From assembly GCA_963750115.1 (NCBI GenBank), contig CAVVPM010000016.1, forward strand, positions 280,703 through 344,702: 64,000 bases of DNA, written 5' to 3'. The notes under the pieces were generated by a model, which made no database searches, was not told the DNA's origin, and saw only the letters and a list, made by a program, of their open reading frames with translations. The position numbers were made by a program, and so were the translations under genes. The DNA is from an uncultured Alphaproteobacteria bacterium. Lineage in GTDB: Bacteria > Pseudomonadota > Alphaproteobacteria > Rhizobiales > Afifellaceae. This document shows, one piece after another, positions 29,289 to 42,211 of the stretch; the stretch's first letter is position 1; every line of letters begins with the position of its first letter.

Positions 29289-30515
29289 ATGGACAAGGGC
29301 ACGGACTCGGTCGATCCGGGGTCTCTGCCCGGCCCGGCACCGAGTGCCGCGGAGTTCTCCGAGCCGGCAAAGGCTGCGGAGGTCCGCGCGGACCGTGCCT
29401 CGGCACCCGAAGTCGGCAAGCCCGGTCCGCCCGGACGAAGCGACGGCGGGGAAAGCCGCCCGGCCGGGGGCCACAACCGTCGCGGCCGAAATGGCCGCCG
29501 ACGCGGGCGCGGGCCGTTCTACGCCGCGCTCGATCTCGGCACCAACAATTGCCGGCTTCTCGTCGCCGAACCGTCCGGCGACAGCTTTCGCGTCGTCGAT
29601 TCCTTCTCGCGCATCGTCAGGCTCGGCGAGGGCCTCGGGCAGAGCGGGCGGCTTGGGGCCGAGGCGATGGAGCGCGCGCTCGGGGCGCTGCGCGTCTGCG
29701 GACAGAAGCTCAACTCGCGGCCGATCGCCGGAGCGCGGCTGATCGCCACCCAGGCCTGCCGGGTGGCGGCAAACGGCGGCGAATTCCTCGACCGCGTGCG
29801 CAACGAGATCGGCATCGAGCTTGAAATCGTCGACCGGCGCACCGAGGCACGGCTGGCGGCGGAAGGCTGCTTCTCGCTGCTCGATCCGGAATCGGAGGGC
29901 GCCGTGCTCTTCGACATCGGCGGCGGCTCGTCGGAAATCGTCTGGCTCGACCGGCGCCGCTCGCGCCGCCGCGGCGGGCTCGTCCGCGCCTGGGTCTCGC
30001 TCCCCGTCGGCGTGGTGACGCTCGCCGAGCGGCACGGCGGCATCGATGTCGATCAGCACGCCTTCGAGGCCATGGTCGATGACGTGCGCGCCGAATTCCA
30101 CCGCTTCCATGCCCGCGACGCGCTGAAGAGCGCGACCGGCTCGCGCGCCTTCCACTATCTCGGAACCTCCGGCACGGTGACCACGCTTGCGGGGGTGCAT
30201 CTCGACCTGCCGCGCTACGACCGCCGCCATGTCGATGGCCTGTGGATGGAGGAAGACGACATCGAGCGGATGATGACCAAGGTCCGCGGCATGGATTACG
30301 AGGCGCGCCGCAACAATCCCTGTATCGGAAGCGAGCGCGCCGATCTGGTGCTCGCGGGCTGCGCCGTGTTCGAGGCGATCCGGCGCGAATGGAAGTGCAG
30401 CCGGCTCCGCGTCGCGGACCGCGGCCTGCGCGAGGGCATCCTGATGCAGCTGATGCGCGCCGACGGGCACCTCCGTGCCGGCGGCCGCCCTGCAGCGATG
30501 GCGCGCGGCGCATAG
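29289..30515 (+). CDS. Ppx/GppA-family phosphatase with an Arg/Gly-rich N-terminal extension
   Basis: Intact 408 aa. [48 protein letters not shown]. The first roughly 75 aa are low complexity ([15 protein letters not shown]). Confidence 0.85.
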   Translation: MDKGTDSVDPGSLPGPAPSAAEFSEPAKAAEVRADRASAPEVGKPGPPGRSDGGESRPAGGHNRRGRNGRRRGRGPFYAALDLGTNNCRLLVAEPSGDSFRVVDSFSRIVRLGEGLGQSGRLGAEAMERALGALRVCGQKLNSRPIAGARLIATQACRVAANGGEFLDRVRNEIGIELEIVDRRTEARLAAEGCFSLLDPESEGAVLFDIGGGSSEIVWLDRRRSRRRGGLVRAWVSLPVGVVTLAERHGGIDVDQHAFEAMVDDVRAEFHRFHARDALKSATGSRAFHYLGTSGTVTTLAGVHLDLPRYDRRHVDGLWMEEDDIERMMTKVRGMDYEARRNNPCIGSERADLVLAGCAVFEAIRREWKCSRLRVADRGLREGILMQLMRADGHLRAGGRPAAMARGA

Positions 30516-31213
30516 TGGCGAAGACGCGCGGCGGCGGCTCGGGCCAGCGGGAGCTCCGCACCCGCCTCAAGACGGCGCGCGGGCGCAAGCTCTCGTCGCA
30601 GCGCTGGCTCGAACGGCAGCTGAACGATCCCTATGTCGCCCGCTCAAAACGCGAGGGATTGCGCTCGCGAGCCGCCTACAAGCTCGCCGAGATCGACGAC
30701 CGGTTCGGCCTCCTGAAGCCGGGGCGGCGCGTTGTCGACCTCGGCGCAGCACCGGGCGGTTGGTCGCAGGTGGCGGCCGAGCGCGTCGGATCGAGCGACG
30801 CGGAGCCGCGCGTCGTCGCGGTCGACATGCTCGGCATGGATGCGCTTCCCGGCGTCGTCGTCATGGAGAAGGACTTTCTCGACACCGAGACGCCCGATCT
30901 CATCAAGCGCGCGCTCGGGGGAAGGAAGGTGGACGTCGTCCTTTCCGACATGGCGGCGCCGACGACCGGTCATCGCGCCACCGACCATCTGCGCATCGTG
31001 GCGCTCTGCGAGGCGGCGGCGGAATTCGCCCGCGAGGTTCTGACGCCGGGCGGGGCGTTTCTCGCCAAGGTGTTTCGCGGCGGCACCGAGAGGAAGCTCC
31101 TCGTCGACCTGAAGCGCGATTTCGCCAAGGTCCAGCACGTCAAGCCGCCGGCAAGCCGCGCCGACAGCCCGGAGCTCTATCTGCTTGCGACCGGCTTTCG
31201 CGGTGGGGGATAG
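30515..31213 (+). CDS. rlmE: 23S rRNA (uridine2552-2'-O)-methyltransferase RlmE/FtsJ
   Basis: GTG at 30515 overlaps the ppx stop. [72 protein letters not shown]. Confidence 0.88.
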   Translation: MAKTRGGGSGQRELRTRLKTARGRKLSSQRWLERQLNDPYVARSKREGLRSRAAYKLAEIDDRFGLLKPGRRVVDLGAAPGGWSQVAAERVGSSDAEPRVVAVDMLGMDALPGVVVMEKDFLDTETPDLIKRALGGRKVDVVLSDMAAPTTGHRATDHLRIVALCEAAAEFAREVLTPGGAFLAKVFRGGTERKLLVDLKRDFAKVQHVKPPASRADSPELYLLATGFRGGG

Positions 31214-31214
31214 A

Positions 31215-32634
31215 TTATCCCCGCTCGCGCATCACGGTGACGGGATCCGGCGCGGGTTGACGCCCCGACATCTCGTCGCCGGCGTCGCGCGACAGGAGCA
31301 GGAACGGCACGATCGAAAGCAAGGTCAGGGCGCCGACTAGGAGGAAGGCCGGGCGGAACGAAGCCGCATCGAGCACCCCGCCGGTCAGCCGCGAGGTGAA
31401 TTCGATCGTCGTGGCGCCGATCGAGATGCCGAGGCTCAGCGACAATTGCTGCGCGACGCTGGTCAATGTGGTCGCGCGGCTCATGCGCTCCGGCGGGATG
31501 TCGGCATAGCTCAGAGCGTTGATGCCGGTGAATTGCAGCGAACGGAAGAAGCCACCGATAAGCAGAAGCCCGACGATCAAGCGCTATCGGCGTCGTCGGC
31601 GTGAAGAAGGCCGGGAGCGTCAGGAAGCCGGCGGCGATCAGCGTGTTCCAGGTCAGCACGTTGCGGAAGCCGAGGCGGCGCAGAATGCTGGCGGCGCTGA
31701 ATTTCATGGCGATCGCGCCGACCGCGGCGGCGAAGGTGATGCTGCCCGACTTGAACGGCGACATGCCGAAGCCGACCTGCAGAAGGAGCGGCAGCAGAAA
31801 CGGGGTCGCGCCGAGCCCGAGGCGGAAGAGGAGCGCGCCGATCATGCACATCGCGAAGCTCTTGATGCGAAAGAGCGAGAGGTCGAGGATCGGAGCCGCG
31901 ACTTGCCGGGAATGGCGGATGTAGGCGAGGAGAAGACCGGCGCCGCCGAGAAACAGCGCCAAGACCACCGGCTGCGGCAGCAGGCCGAGGCCAAGCGACG
32001 TCGAGCCGGTCATGAAGGCGGCGAGACCGACGGCCGAGAGCGCGAAGCCGCTTTTGTCGAATCTGACCTTCGCCTCGCCGCGCAGATTGGGGATGAAGAG
32101 CGTCGCGAGCGCGAGGCCGAGCAGGCCGACCGGAACGTTGATCCAGAAGATCCAGCGCCACTGGAAATAGGTGGTGATGAAGCCGCCGAGCGGCGGCCCG
32201 ACCACCGGCCCGACGAGGGCGGGGACCGTGAGCCATGCGAGCGAGCCCACCAGCTCGTGCTTGGCGACCGACTTCAGGATCACAAGCCGGCCGACCGGGA
32301 CCATCATGGCGCCGCCGATCCCCTGGATGACCCGGGCAAAGACGATCGAGCCGATCGAGCCGGAAAAGCCGCAGAGGATCGAGCCGATCGTGAAGAGCGC
32401 GATCGCCAGGCGGAAGATGGTGCGCGCGCCGTAGCGGTCGGCGAGCCAGCCCGACGCCGGCAGAAAGACGGCAATGGCGAGAAGATAGGAGGTCAGCGCC
32501 AGCTTCAGGTGGATCGGGCTCTCGCCGAAATCCTTGGCGATCGCCGGCAGCGCCGTGGAAAGCACTGTGGAATCGAGATTTTCCATAAACAGTGCGCAGG
32601 CGACGATAAGCGGCAGAAGGATGCGGTCGGGCAA
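31215..32634 (-). pseudogene. MFS transporter, DHA2-like (one extra base near 31575; start uncertain)
   Basis: ORF 31177..32877 (LLPLIVACALFMENLDSTVLSTALPAIAKDF...GWLADRYGARTIF...) continues in ORF 31215..31580 (MIVGLLLIGGFFRSLQFTGINALSYADIP...). A possible TTG start at 32634 has no clear RBS. Confidence 0.75.
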
Positions 32635-32915
32635 GAGAGGGGTCAGAATTGTGTGGAGGAAAAGCCGGCTCCCGGCGCGGCGAGCCGTGCCAGGCGCCGG
32701 TATCGAATTTGTCGTCCGGCGGGCCTCAGATCGCGCTTCCGCCGCCGATCCGCAATCGGAAACTTCGCCGCCCGACGGATTTCTGAACGCGGCGGCCGGG
32801 GGATCGTTCCCAAGCGCCGGCCGGCGTGTTAGTGACCCCCGCCAATCCTGACGCCGATTCCTCTTCGCGCGGGCCACCCGGCCTGCGGTCGGCTCCCCAT
32901 TATCGGAGGCTTGGC

Positions 32916-34837
<1,922 letters not shown>

Positions 34838-34841
34838 CGCG

Positions 34842-36131
34842 ATGCGCCTTCCCGGCCAGATCGCCGCGGCAATCGAGGTGCTGGCGGATATCGAGACGCG
34901 CCACCGGCCGGCGTCAGAGGCGCTGAGGGATTGGGGCTTGTCGCATCGCTTCGCCGGGTCGGGCGACCGCGCGGTCGATCGGCAACCTCGTCTACGACGC
35001 GCTGCGCAGGAGCGCTCGTCGCTCGCGTGGCGGATGGGCGGCGATGCGCCCTGGCACCTCGCGATCGGCGTCGCGCTCTTCGAATGGGGCGAGGCGCCGG
35101 CGGCGCTGAACGCTGCCTTCGCGGCGGATCGGCACGCGCCGGCGCCACTTCCCGAAGCGTTCGCCGCCGCCGATCTTTCCGCCGCGCCCGACCACGTTCG
35201 GGCCGATCTTCCGGAATGGCTCGCACCGCATTTCGCGGCGTCGTTCGGTGCGGAATGGGTGAGTGAGGCGGAGGCGCTTGCCGCGCGACCGCCGCTCGAT
35301 CTCCGGGTCAACACGCGTGAAAGCCGAGCGGGAGAAGGTTGCACAGCGGCTGCATCGGTTCGGCGCGGTGCCGACGCCCTATTCGCCGAGTCGGGCTGCG
35401 CATCCCTCCGATCGAAGGCGCCGCGCCGCCATCCGAATGTCCAGGCTGAGGAAGCTTTTCCAGCGCGGGCAGCGTTCGAGGTGCAGGACGAGGGGAGCCA
35501 GCTTTGCGCGCTTCTCGTCGGCGCGTCGGCCGGCGAGCAGGTTCTTGACCTTTGCGCCGGCGCCGGCGGCAAGACGCTTGGCGCTTGCGGCGCGCATGGG
35601 AAATCGCGGCCAGATCTACGCGACCGACGCCGACAGGAGCCGGCTGCAGCCGATCTTCGAGCGGCTGAAGCGCGCGGGCGTCCGCAACGTCCAGGTCCGA
35701 CCGCCCGAGCCGGGCGGCCTCGACGATCTTGTCGGTGCGATGGACCGCGTGCTCGTCGACGCACCGTGCACCGGTACCGGCGTGTGGCGCCGCCGACCCG
35801 ACGCGAAGTGGCGGGTTACGCCGGAGGCGTTGCAGAAGCGCATGGCGGAGCAGGACGCCGTCCTCGCCGAGGCGGCGCGCTTCGTGAAGCCCGGCGGCGT
35901 GCTTGTCTATGTCACATGCTCGCTGCTGACCTCGGAGAACGGCGCGCGCATCGACGCTTTCTTGCGCGGCCCGACCGGAGTTTCGGCCGCTGCCGATCGA
36001 GGATGTCTGGGGGAGGGCGCTGCCGGGCGTGGCGCCGCCCGCAGAATTCGCTCTCGGGGACGTCGCTCCTTCTCACGCCGCGACGCTCGGCGACCGACGG
36101 CTTTTTTCTTTGCGCGCTCGCGCGCGGGTAA
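34842..36131 (+). pseudogene. RsmB/Sun-family SAM-dependent RNA (cytosine-C5) methyltransferase (many frameshifts)
   Basis: Fragments in three frames: MRLPGQIAAAIEVLADIE, FEVQDEGSQLCALLVGASAGEQVLDLCAGAGGKTL, MGNRGQIYATDADRSRLQPIFERLKRAGVRNV, DRVLVDAPCTGTGVWRRRPDAKWR, PGGVLVYVTCSLL..EN, DGFFLCALAR. Confidence 0.75.
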
Positions 36132-36201
36132 CGGTCTTTCGCGTTGCAAGGCGACGCGTCTCGACTGCCAGATGAAAGACGAAATCCGTAGGAGAACCGG
36201 A

Positions 36202-36946
36202 ATGGCCCACAAGCAGACCAAGCCTATCGAGCTTTACTACTGGCCGACGCCGAACGGCTGGAAGATCACGATCTTCTTCGAGGAGACCGGCGTTCCCTAC
36301 GAGATCAAATATGTGAATATCGGCAAGGGCGAGCAGTTTGAGCCGTCGTTCCTGGCGATCGGGCCGAACAACCGCATGCCGGTGATCGTCGATCCCGAAG
36401 GGCCGGACGGGAAGCCGATCTCGGTCTTCGAATCGGCCGCCATCCTCATCTATCTCGGGCGCAAGTTCGGTCGCTTCTACGGGACGGACGAGCGCAGCCG
36501 CGTCGCCGTCGAGGAGTGGCTGATGTGGCAGGTCGCGAATGTCGGCCCGGTCTTCGGCCACAACAACCACTTCCGCAATTATGCGCCCGAGAAGGTGCCC
36601 TACGGCATCAAGCGCTTCGGCGACGAGGCGCATCGGCTCTACGGCGTGATGGACAAGCGCCTTCAAGGCCGCGACTTCATCGCCGGCGACTACTCGATCG
36701 CCGACATGGCGCTGATTGGCTGGATCAAGGCGCTATGAGCGGCAGGGGATCGAGATCGCCGAGTTCCAGAATGTCGGGCGGTGGATCGACCGGATGCTGG
36801 CGCGGCCGGCGGTCGCCAAGGCGATCGAGATCAGGCGCGATCCTCCGGTCGACCTCTCGAAGGACAAGGAGGCCCAGAAGATCCTCTTCGGCCAGCGCGC
36901 GCGCTGTTTCGGCGGACGCGGGTGCTGCTTTTCTGCCACGTGGTGA
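36202..36946 (+). pseudogene. Nu-class (YfcG/YghU-like) glutathione S-transferase (one extra base near 36730)
   Basis: AGGAGA RBS. IELYYWPTPNGWKITIFFEETGVPYEIKYVNIGKGEQFEPSFLAIGPNNRMPVIVD...SVFESAAILIYL...VEEWLMWQVANVGP (ORF 35263..36738), continuing as RYERQGIEIAEFQNVGRWIDRMLARPAV (ORF 36716..36946). Confidence 0.8.
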
Positions 36947-37148
36947 AGCAAAGATAAAATGCGGGCGCATTTCGCAAAAGTCTCGCGAGAGAAAAACATC
37001 AATCTTTACAGCATGTTGGATCAAATGAGCAACGCCGCATAAACGTCTCGTCAACCCTTTGGTCACGATCCGTTAAGCGTCGCCGTTAACGCTGGGATGC
37101 AGCGGTCGGTCGAATATCGGCGAGCGAAACGGACCGAACCGTGGACCA

Positions 37149-37412
37149 ATGGGGAATGGGTCAATGAGCATGCAGATTGAGGCGGGCGGCGCTGTCACGA
37201 TGCCGCACAACTTCTTCGAACTCGGGCTGGCGTATTCGACGGGGCGTGAGGGCAGGGTCGATCTCATCGAGGCGCACAAGTGGTTCAACATAGCCGCCGC
37301 GCGTGGCGACCGGATGGCGGCGCAGCATCGTGAGGAGCTCGCAAGCGAGATGAGCCGGGCGGAGATCGCGGCCGCGCTCAAGGCGGCGCGCGAGTGGATC
37401 GCGGGCCACTAG
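37149..37412 (+). CDS. Small Sel1-like repeat protein
   Basis: 87 aa. GLAYSTGREGRVDLIEAHKWFNIAAARGD is a Sel1/TPR-like repeat. Confidence 0.6.
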   Translation: MGNGSMSMQIEAGGAVTMPHNFFELGLAYSTGREGRVDLIEAHKWFNIAAARGDRMAAQHREELASEMSRAEIAAALKAAREWIAGH

Positions 37413-37420
37413 AAGCCGAC

Positions 37421-38543
37421 TTATCCCATCGCCTCAACCAAGAGCATCCGATAATCCTCCGCCGTCGGCTGGCGCGGATTGGTGGGCGTCGAGTGGTCGG
37501 CGAGCGCGCGCTCGATCACCCAAGGGAATACGGCCTCCGTCACGCCGAGTGCGGCAAGCCCGGCGGGAATGCGAGCTCGACATTCAGCGGTCGAGCTCCG
37601 CGGCGAGGTCGGCGTCCTCCGCCAATCCGATGGCTGCCTTCAGCCGTTCCAGCTTGCCGCCGACATGCCCGCGTTGAAGCGGACGACGCCCGGCATCAGG
37701 ATCGCGTTCAGCGTCCCGTGGTGAAGCTTCACGTCAGGGAGCCCGCCGAGCGCGTGGCTCAGCGCGTGCACGGCGCCAAGGCCCTTCTGGAACGACAACC
37801 CGCCTTCGAGCGCGGCCATCATCATTTCGCTCCGGGCTTCCAGATCATCGCCGGCCCGGCAGGCGCTCTCGAGATGCGTCCAGAGCGCGCCGCGCGCCAT
37901 CGAGCGCAATCGCTTCGGCGGGCGGGTTGAAGCGCGGCGAGAGGAATGTCTCGATGCAATGCGAGAGCGCGTCGAGGCCGGTCGCCGCGGTCAGGCGAGG
38001 GGGTAGGCGAGAGCGTCAGCTCCGGGTCGCAGATCGCGCGCTTCGGGATGAGATGCGGGCTGATGACGCCGAGCTTGCGGCCGTCGTCGAGCGTGAGCAG
38101 CGCGGCGCGGCCGACCTCGGCGCCGGTGCCGGCGGTGGTCGGCATGGCGATGACCGGCGCAACCGATGGCCCGATCCGCGCCGACACCGCCGTAGATCGC
38201 CGCGTAGGTCTTCAAGCGGGCCGGGATGCGTCGCGAGCAGCGCGACGCCCTTGGCGAGATCGATCGGCGAGCCGCCGCCGACGGCCACGATGCCGTCGCA
38301 GCCGCCGGCGCGATAGGCGTCGAGCGCCGACTGGACCGCCGCCTCGGTCGGATTGGCGGGGACGTCGAGGAAGCGCGGCGCGTCCATCGCGCCGATCGCC
38401 TGGTCGAGAACCCCCTCCGCCGCCACGCCGGAATCGCTGACCACCAGCGGGCGGCGAATCGCAAGCTCATTCAGCGCGCGCGGCAATTCCTTGCGCGAGC
38501 CCGGCCCGAACTCGATCGTCGTCAAATAGAGGATGGTACTCAT
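37421..38543 (-). pseudogene. Iron-containing (group III) alcohol dehydrogenase (many frameshifts)
   Basis: MSTILYLTTIEFGPGS...VAVGGGSPIDLAKG (ORF 38016..38543), VIAMPTTAGTGAEVGRAALL (ORF 37822..38187), GLGAVHALSHALGG...HHGTLNAILMP (ORF 37640..37909), and the tail ...LLVEAMG with the stop at 37421-37423. Confidence 0.8.
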
Positions 38544-38561
38544 GGCGCACGCGACAGCCGA

Positions 38562-38654
38562 TGGCGGAGAGGATGGGATTCGAACCCACGAGACGGCTCG
38601 ACACCGTCTACTCCCTTAGCAGGGGAGCGCCTTCGACCACTCGGCCACCTCTCC
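38562..38654 (-). tRNA. tRNA-Ser (anticodon GCU)
   Basis: Reverse complement GGAGAGGTGGCCGAGTGGTCGAAGGCGCTCCCCTGCTAAGGGAGTAGACGGTGTCGAGCCGTCTCGTGGGTTCGAATCCCATCCTCTCCGCCA. It has a long variable arm, anticodon loop CUGCUAA, and an encoded CCA. Confidence 0.93.
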
Positions 38655-38686
38655 GCCGCCGGAGATGCGGGGTTTCCGGGCTGCGG

Positions 38687-40393
38687 TCAACCCTGTCCGT
38701 CGGCGCCGCGCCTGGGCCGTCCAAATCGCCGGGACGAGGTCGCCAAGCGCGGCCTTCAGCGGTCCAAGATGCCGGTCGTAGCGCCGCCAGCGCTCGACCG
38801 AGGTCCGATAGATCGGCTGGCGAACCTGCATGCGGCTCGCCGTGTGGACCGGCCGCTCCGACTGGTGAAACGCAGGCAGGCCGGATCCCACGGGAGCCCG
38901 ACGAAGTCGATCAGGCGTGCGCGCATCGTCCTCCAGCGCCGGTGAGATGCTCGTAGTGCAGCTCGTAGATGCGTCCGGGCAGCGCGTCCGCCAATAGTCC
39001 ATCAGCGAAACATATTCCCGGTAATAGGCGCCGAGCGTTTGGAGGTCCGCGGTATAGGGGTGCGCTTGTATCTTCAGCCCGACCGTAAAGCACGACACGC
39101 AGGTATCGAGCGGATCGCGACGGCAATGAATGATCCTGGCGTTCGGGAAGAGAAGCGCGATCAGGCCGACATGCTCGAAATTGTGCGGCATCTTGTCGAC
39201 GACGCGGCGCGCCGGCTTCGAGGTCTCGTCGAGCACCTTCAAGTAGCGCTCCGCGAGGTCGCGGCTTTCGCCTCGGTCAGCTGCGCGCATGCGCCTGATG
39301 ACGGTCGACTTCGTCGGTGCAGAATCCGAGGGAGCCGTCGCGCGATCCTCGATCGTCGCGAGCTCGCCGGCGCCCTCGGCGTCCGGGTGGCTGGCGATGA
39401 TCTGCTCGGTCAGCGTCGTGCCGGAGCGCGGCATGCCGACGATGAAGACCGGGCGCTCGCTCGGGTGACCATAGTCCCGCCGGGCTTCGAAGAACGCCGG
39501 CGTGAAGATCGATCGACGGATGGCGTGCTTCAGCCGGAGCGTGTCCAGACTGTAGGGCACTTCCTCGGGCACCTTCGCCTCGACAAAGTATTGGAAAGCC
39601 CGGTCATAGTCGCCTGAGTTTTCAGCGATTTTGCCAAGCGCGTAGCGGAGCGCGGAGTATTCGCCGAGGATGCTTCGCTTGAGGTGCCGGTGTATTTTCT
39701 GAGTTCGGCGGCCTCGGGCGAATCGTCGGTGAGCTCTTCGCAGCTGGCGAGCCCGATCAGCGCCTGCAGCCGCATCGCCGTCGAGGCGGAGAGCTTGCGG
39801 AAGAGCGTTCGCGCCGTTGCAAAATCCCCAAGCGCAACGCAGAGCCGCGCGAGGTCGTGGAGGGCAGGCAGGTACTCCGGGTGGCGCGCAAGCAGGTCCC
39901 GATAGAGCCGCCGCGCCGTCGTCTCTTCACCGAGCTCCGCCTTGCAATGCGCGTAGAGATACCGCGCGGTCGGGCTGCCGGGTTCGAGCTTCAGCGCCTT
40001 GCGGATGGCGGGCAGCGCCGCGCGCGGCTGCTTCTTCTGCAGATGCGCATTGGCGAGATCGCAATAGAAGCCGGGCTCTGTCGGCTTGCGCGAGATCGCC
40101 CGCTCGAAGAGCCCGATTGCCTCGTCGTGGTCGCCGGCCATCAAGGCGGCGGTGCCGAGAAGGTGCAGGACATAGGGATGCTCCGGATGTCGGACGAGGA
40201 CCATCCGGTAGCATTTGCCCGCCTCGCCGAACTCGCCTCTTGCCTGAAGCCGTCTGCCTTGATCGAGAAGTTGCGCCGCTTTGACGTCCGTTGCGACGGC
40301 GTCCGGCTTCACGCGCTTCGATCGTGGCGCGGCCTGATTCTGAGCCTTGAGCAGCCGGTCAAGCGACGGGCCCGCATAGGGAAGTTTTGGCAT
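38687..40393 (-). pseudogene. TPR-repeat plus sulfotransferase fusion protein (several frameshifts; 3' end inferred)
   Basis: N-terminal TPRs come from ORF 39530..40393. The sulfotransferase PAPS-binding motifs are FIVGMPRSGTTLTEQI (5'-PSB) and IIHCRRDPLDTCVSCF (3'-PB) in ORF 38616..39572, with YELHYEHL in ORF 38911..39126. As sequenced the ORF reads into tRNA-Ser. One more frame change gives ...RRGADGQG and a stop at 38687-38689. Confidence 0.7.
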
Positions 40394-40531
40394 CTCGGTT
40401 TCGGCGTCCGCGACGGTCGAGATTTGGTTAGCAGACCGGTCGCCCGGTGCAATCCCCGGGGTTCCGAGCGATCAGCCCGGCTGCATTCCGGCTCTTCGCC
40501 AAGCGCCTTGCCAAAGCGCCGGGGCGCAACC

Positions 40532-41708
40532 TCAGCCCTGGCGCCAGAGCGACACGCAGGGGATCTTCGAACGGTCGCAGCGCGAAGCGTATTTGCTTCG
40601 CGATATCCGTCACTTCCTGCATCAGCCCGTTCGCAAGCGTGATCGGCTCGAGGCCCGATCCGCAGGAATCGGTCGTTGGTGACATGGAGGTCGTTCTCCT
40701 TCGCCTCGTTGCGCGGATTCGGCAGGTACTGGATCGGCGTGCCGGTCATCTCGGAGACGAGCTTGGCCAGGTCGCGGACCCGGTGCGTCTCCGTCATCTG
40801 ATTGAGGATGTTCACGCGCTCGCCGCTTTGCGGCGGGTTCTCGATGGCGAGCTCGATGCAGCGGCAGGTGTCGTGAATATGGATGAACGCGCGCGTCTGG
40901 CCGCCCGATCCCGTGCACGGTGAGCGGGTAGCCGATCGCCGCCTGCATCAGGAAGCGGTTCAGCACCGTGCCGTAGTCGCCGTCATAGTCGAAGCGGTTG
41001 ACCAGCCGCTCGTCCATCTTGGTCTCCGGCGTCTGCGTTCCCCAGACGATGCCCTGATGCAGGTCGGTGATCTTCACGCCGTCGTTCTTGTTGTAGAAAT
41101 GGAAGAAGAGCTGATCCTGCGTCTTGGTCATGTGATAGATCGACCCAGGATTGAACGGATAGAGAATCTCCTGCTCGACCTGGTCGCCGTCGTCGGTGTT
41201 CATGAATACCTTCAGATAGCCTTCCGGAATCTTCATGCCGGCCGTGCCGTAGCCGTAGACGCCCATCGTGCCGAGGTGCACGAGATGCGCGTCGACCTTC
41301 GAATTCGACGATGGCGCAGAGCACATCGTTGGTTGCGTTCAGGTTGTTGTTGACGGTGTAGCGCTTGTGCCAGGACGACTTCATCGAATAGGGCGCCGCG
41401 CGCTGCTCGGCAAAATGGACGATAGCATCGGGTTTTTCCTCGCGGATCTTGGTGAGCAGCCGATGGTAGTTCTCGCCGATCGTGAAGCTCTCGAATCGAA
41501 TCTCGCTGCCGGCAGACCTCGCGCCAGGCCCGGAGGCGCTCGGAAAGCGGCCGGATCGGCGTCAGCGACTTCGACTTCGAGCTCGACGTCGATCTTCCGG
41601 CGCGACAAGTTATCCACAATCGCCACGTCGTGGCCGCGGCGGGAGAGGTAGAGGCCGGTCGGCCAGCCGCAGAAGCCGTCGCCGCCGAGAACCAAGAATA
41701 CGCGCCAT
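40532..41708 (-). pseudogene. sqdB: UDP-sulfoquinovose synthase (many frameshifts, including one immediately after the ATG)
   Basis: GGGAGG RBS and ATG at 41708. Segments VFLVLGGDGFCGWPTGLYLSRRGHDVAIVDNLSRRKID, DAHLVHLGTMGVYGYGTAGMKIPEGYL...QEILYPFNPGSIYHMTK.QDQLFFHFYNKNDGVKITDLHQGIVWGT...NRFDYDGDYGTVLNRFLMQAAIGYPLTVHG, FNQMTETHRVRDLAKLV and CDRSKIPCVSLWRQG closely track the Rhodobacter SqdB sequence as I remember it. Confidence 0.85.
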
Positions 41709-42211
41709 ATGGCCTCCCTGCCGCTCAGAAGCGCCGTCTTCCGGGCGCCTCGTTCTCGCCGCGCCGGGCACCCCGCGGCGCGTCGTAGATGCCCGCTCGG
41801 CGGGGCGGGCGCAACAGCGCAGGCGGCCGCCGGACATGCAGAATCGCGCCCGGCGTCGAAAGGCGGTTCGATCCGCCGCCGCATCCCCGCCGGGTGCAAA
41901 ACGCGGTGCGTCGGGGCCGGCGGCGGGGCCGTCGACGGCTTCGTGTTAGGAAACGCTTCAGAATCCGCGGAATCCGCCCCGGAAACCGGGATTTTCGTGG
42001 CAATTCTGCAACATGAAGATGGAAAGCTTCTGCGGGTCGAAGCATCGCCTGTTGCCTCGGCGGTGCGGATGGATAGTGTCATGTGCAGGCAGCCGATCGG
42101 CGGCCGCTGCCTTGCAGGCAGCACGAGGGGCGGGGGGCCCCGAATCGGGTGGCAATCAGCCAGGTCGAAAACGGATACCCCGGCTCAAGCAACTTGGACT
42201 GGAGGTCTAAA

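Noticed and set aside
27717-30470. Very long ORFs on the opposite strand of recognised genes: 917 aa at 27717..30470(-), 825 aa at 8368..10845(+), 603 aa at 59705..61516(-), 541 aa at 50419..52044(-), 445 aa at 16172..17509(+) and 422 aa at 53..1321(-).
   Set aside because: They are Arg/Ala/Gly/Pro/Asp-rich with no recognisable motifs. Each lies antisense to a gene with strong family signatures (MFS, Ppx, cyclase, MBL/GST, SpoT, binding protein, LysM). These are typical stop-poor shadow frames of very GC-rich DNA.
38616-38700. The sulfotransferase ORF reading through tRNA-Ser (...GGGEVAEWSKALPC).
   Set aside because: The tail is simply the translated tRNA sequence. One further frame correction gives a stop at 38687-38689 upstream of the tRNA.
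41709-42211. Several 60-170-aa ORFs in the sqdB/porin intergenic region and similar ones at 10720-11045.
   Set aside because: They have Arg/Pro/Gly-rich composition, overlap one another in all frames, and have no RBS or recognisable motif. I treat them as non-coding.
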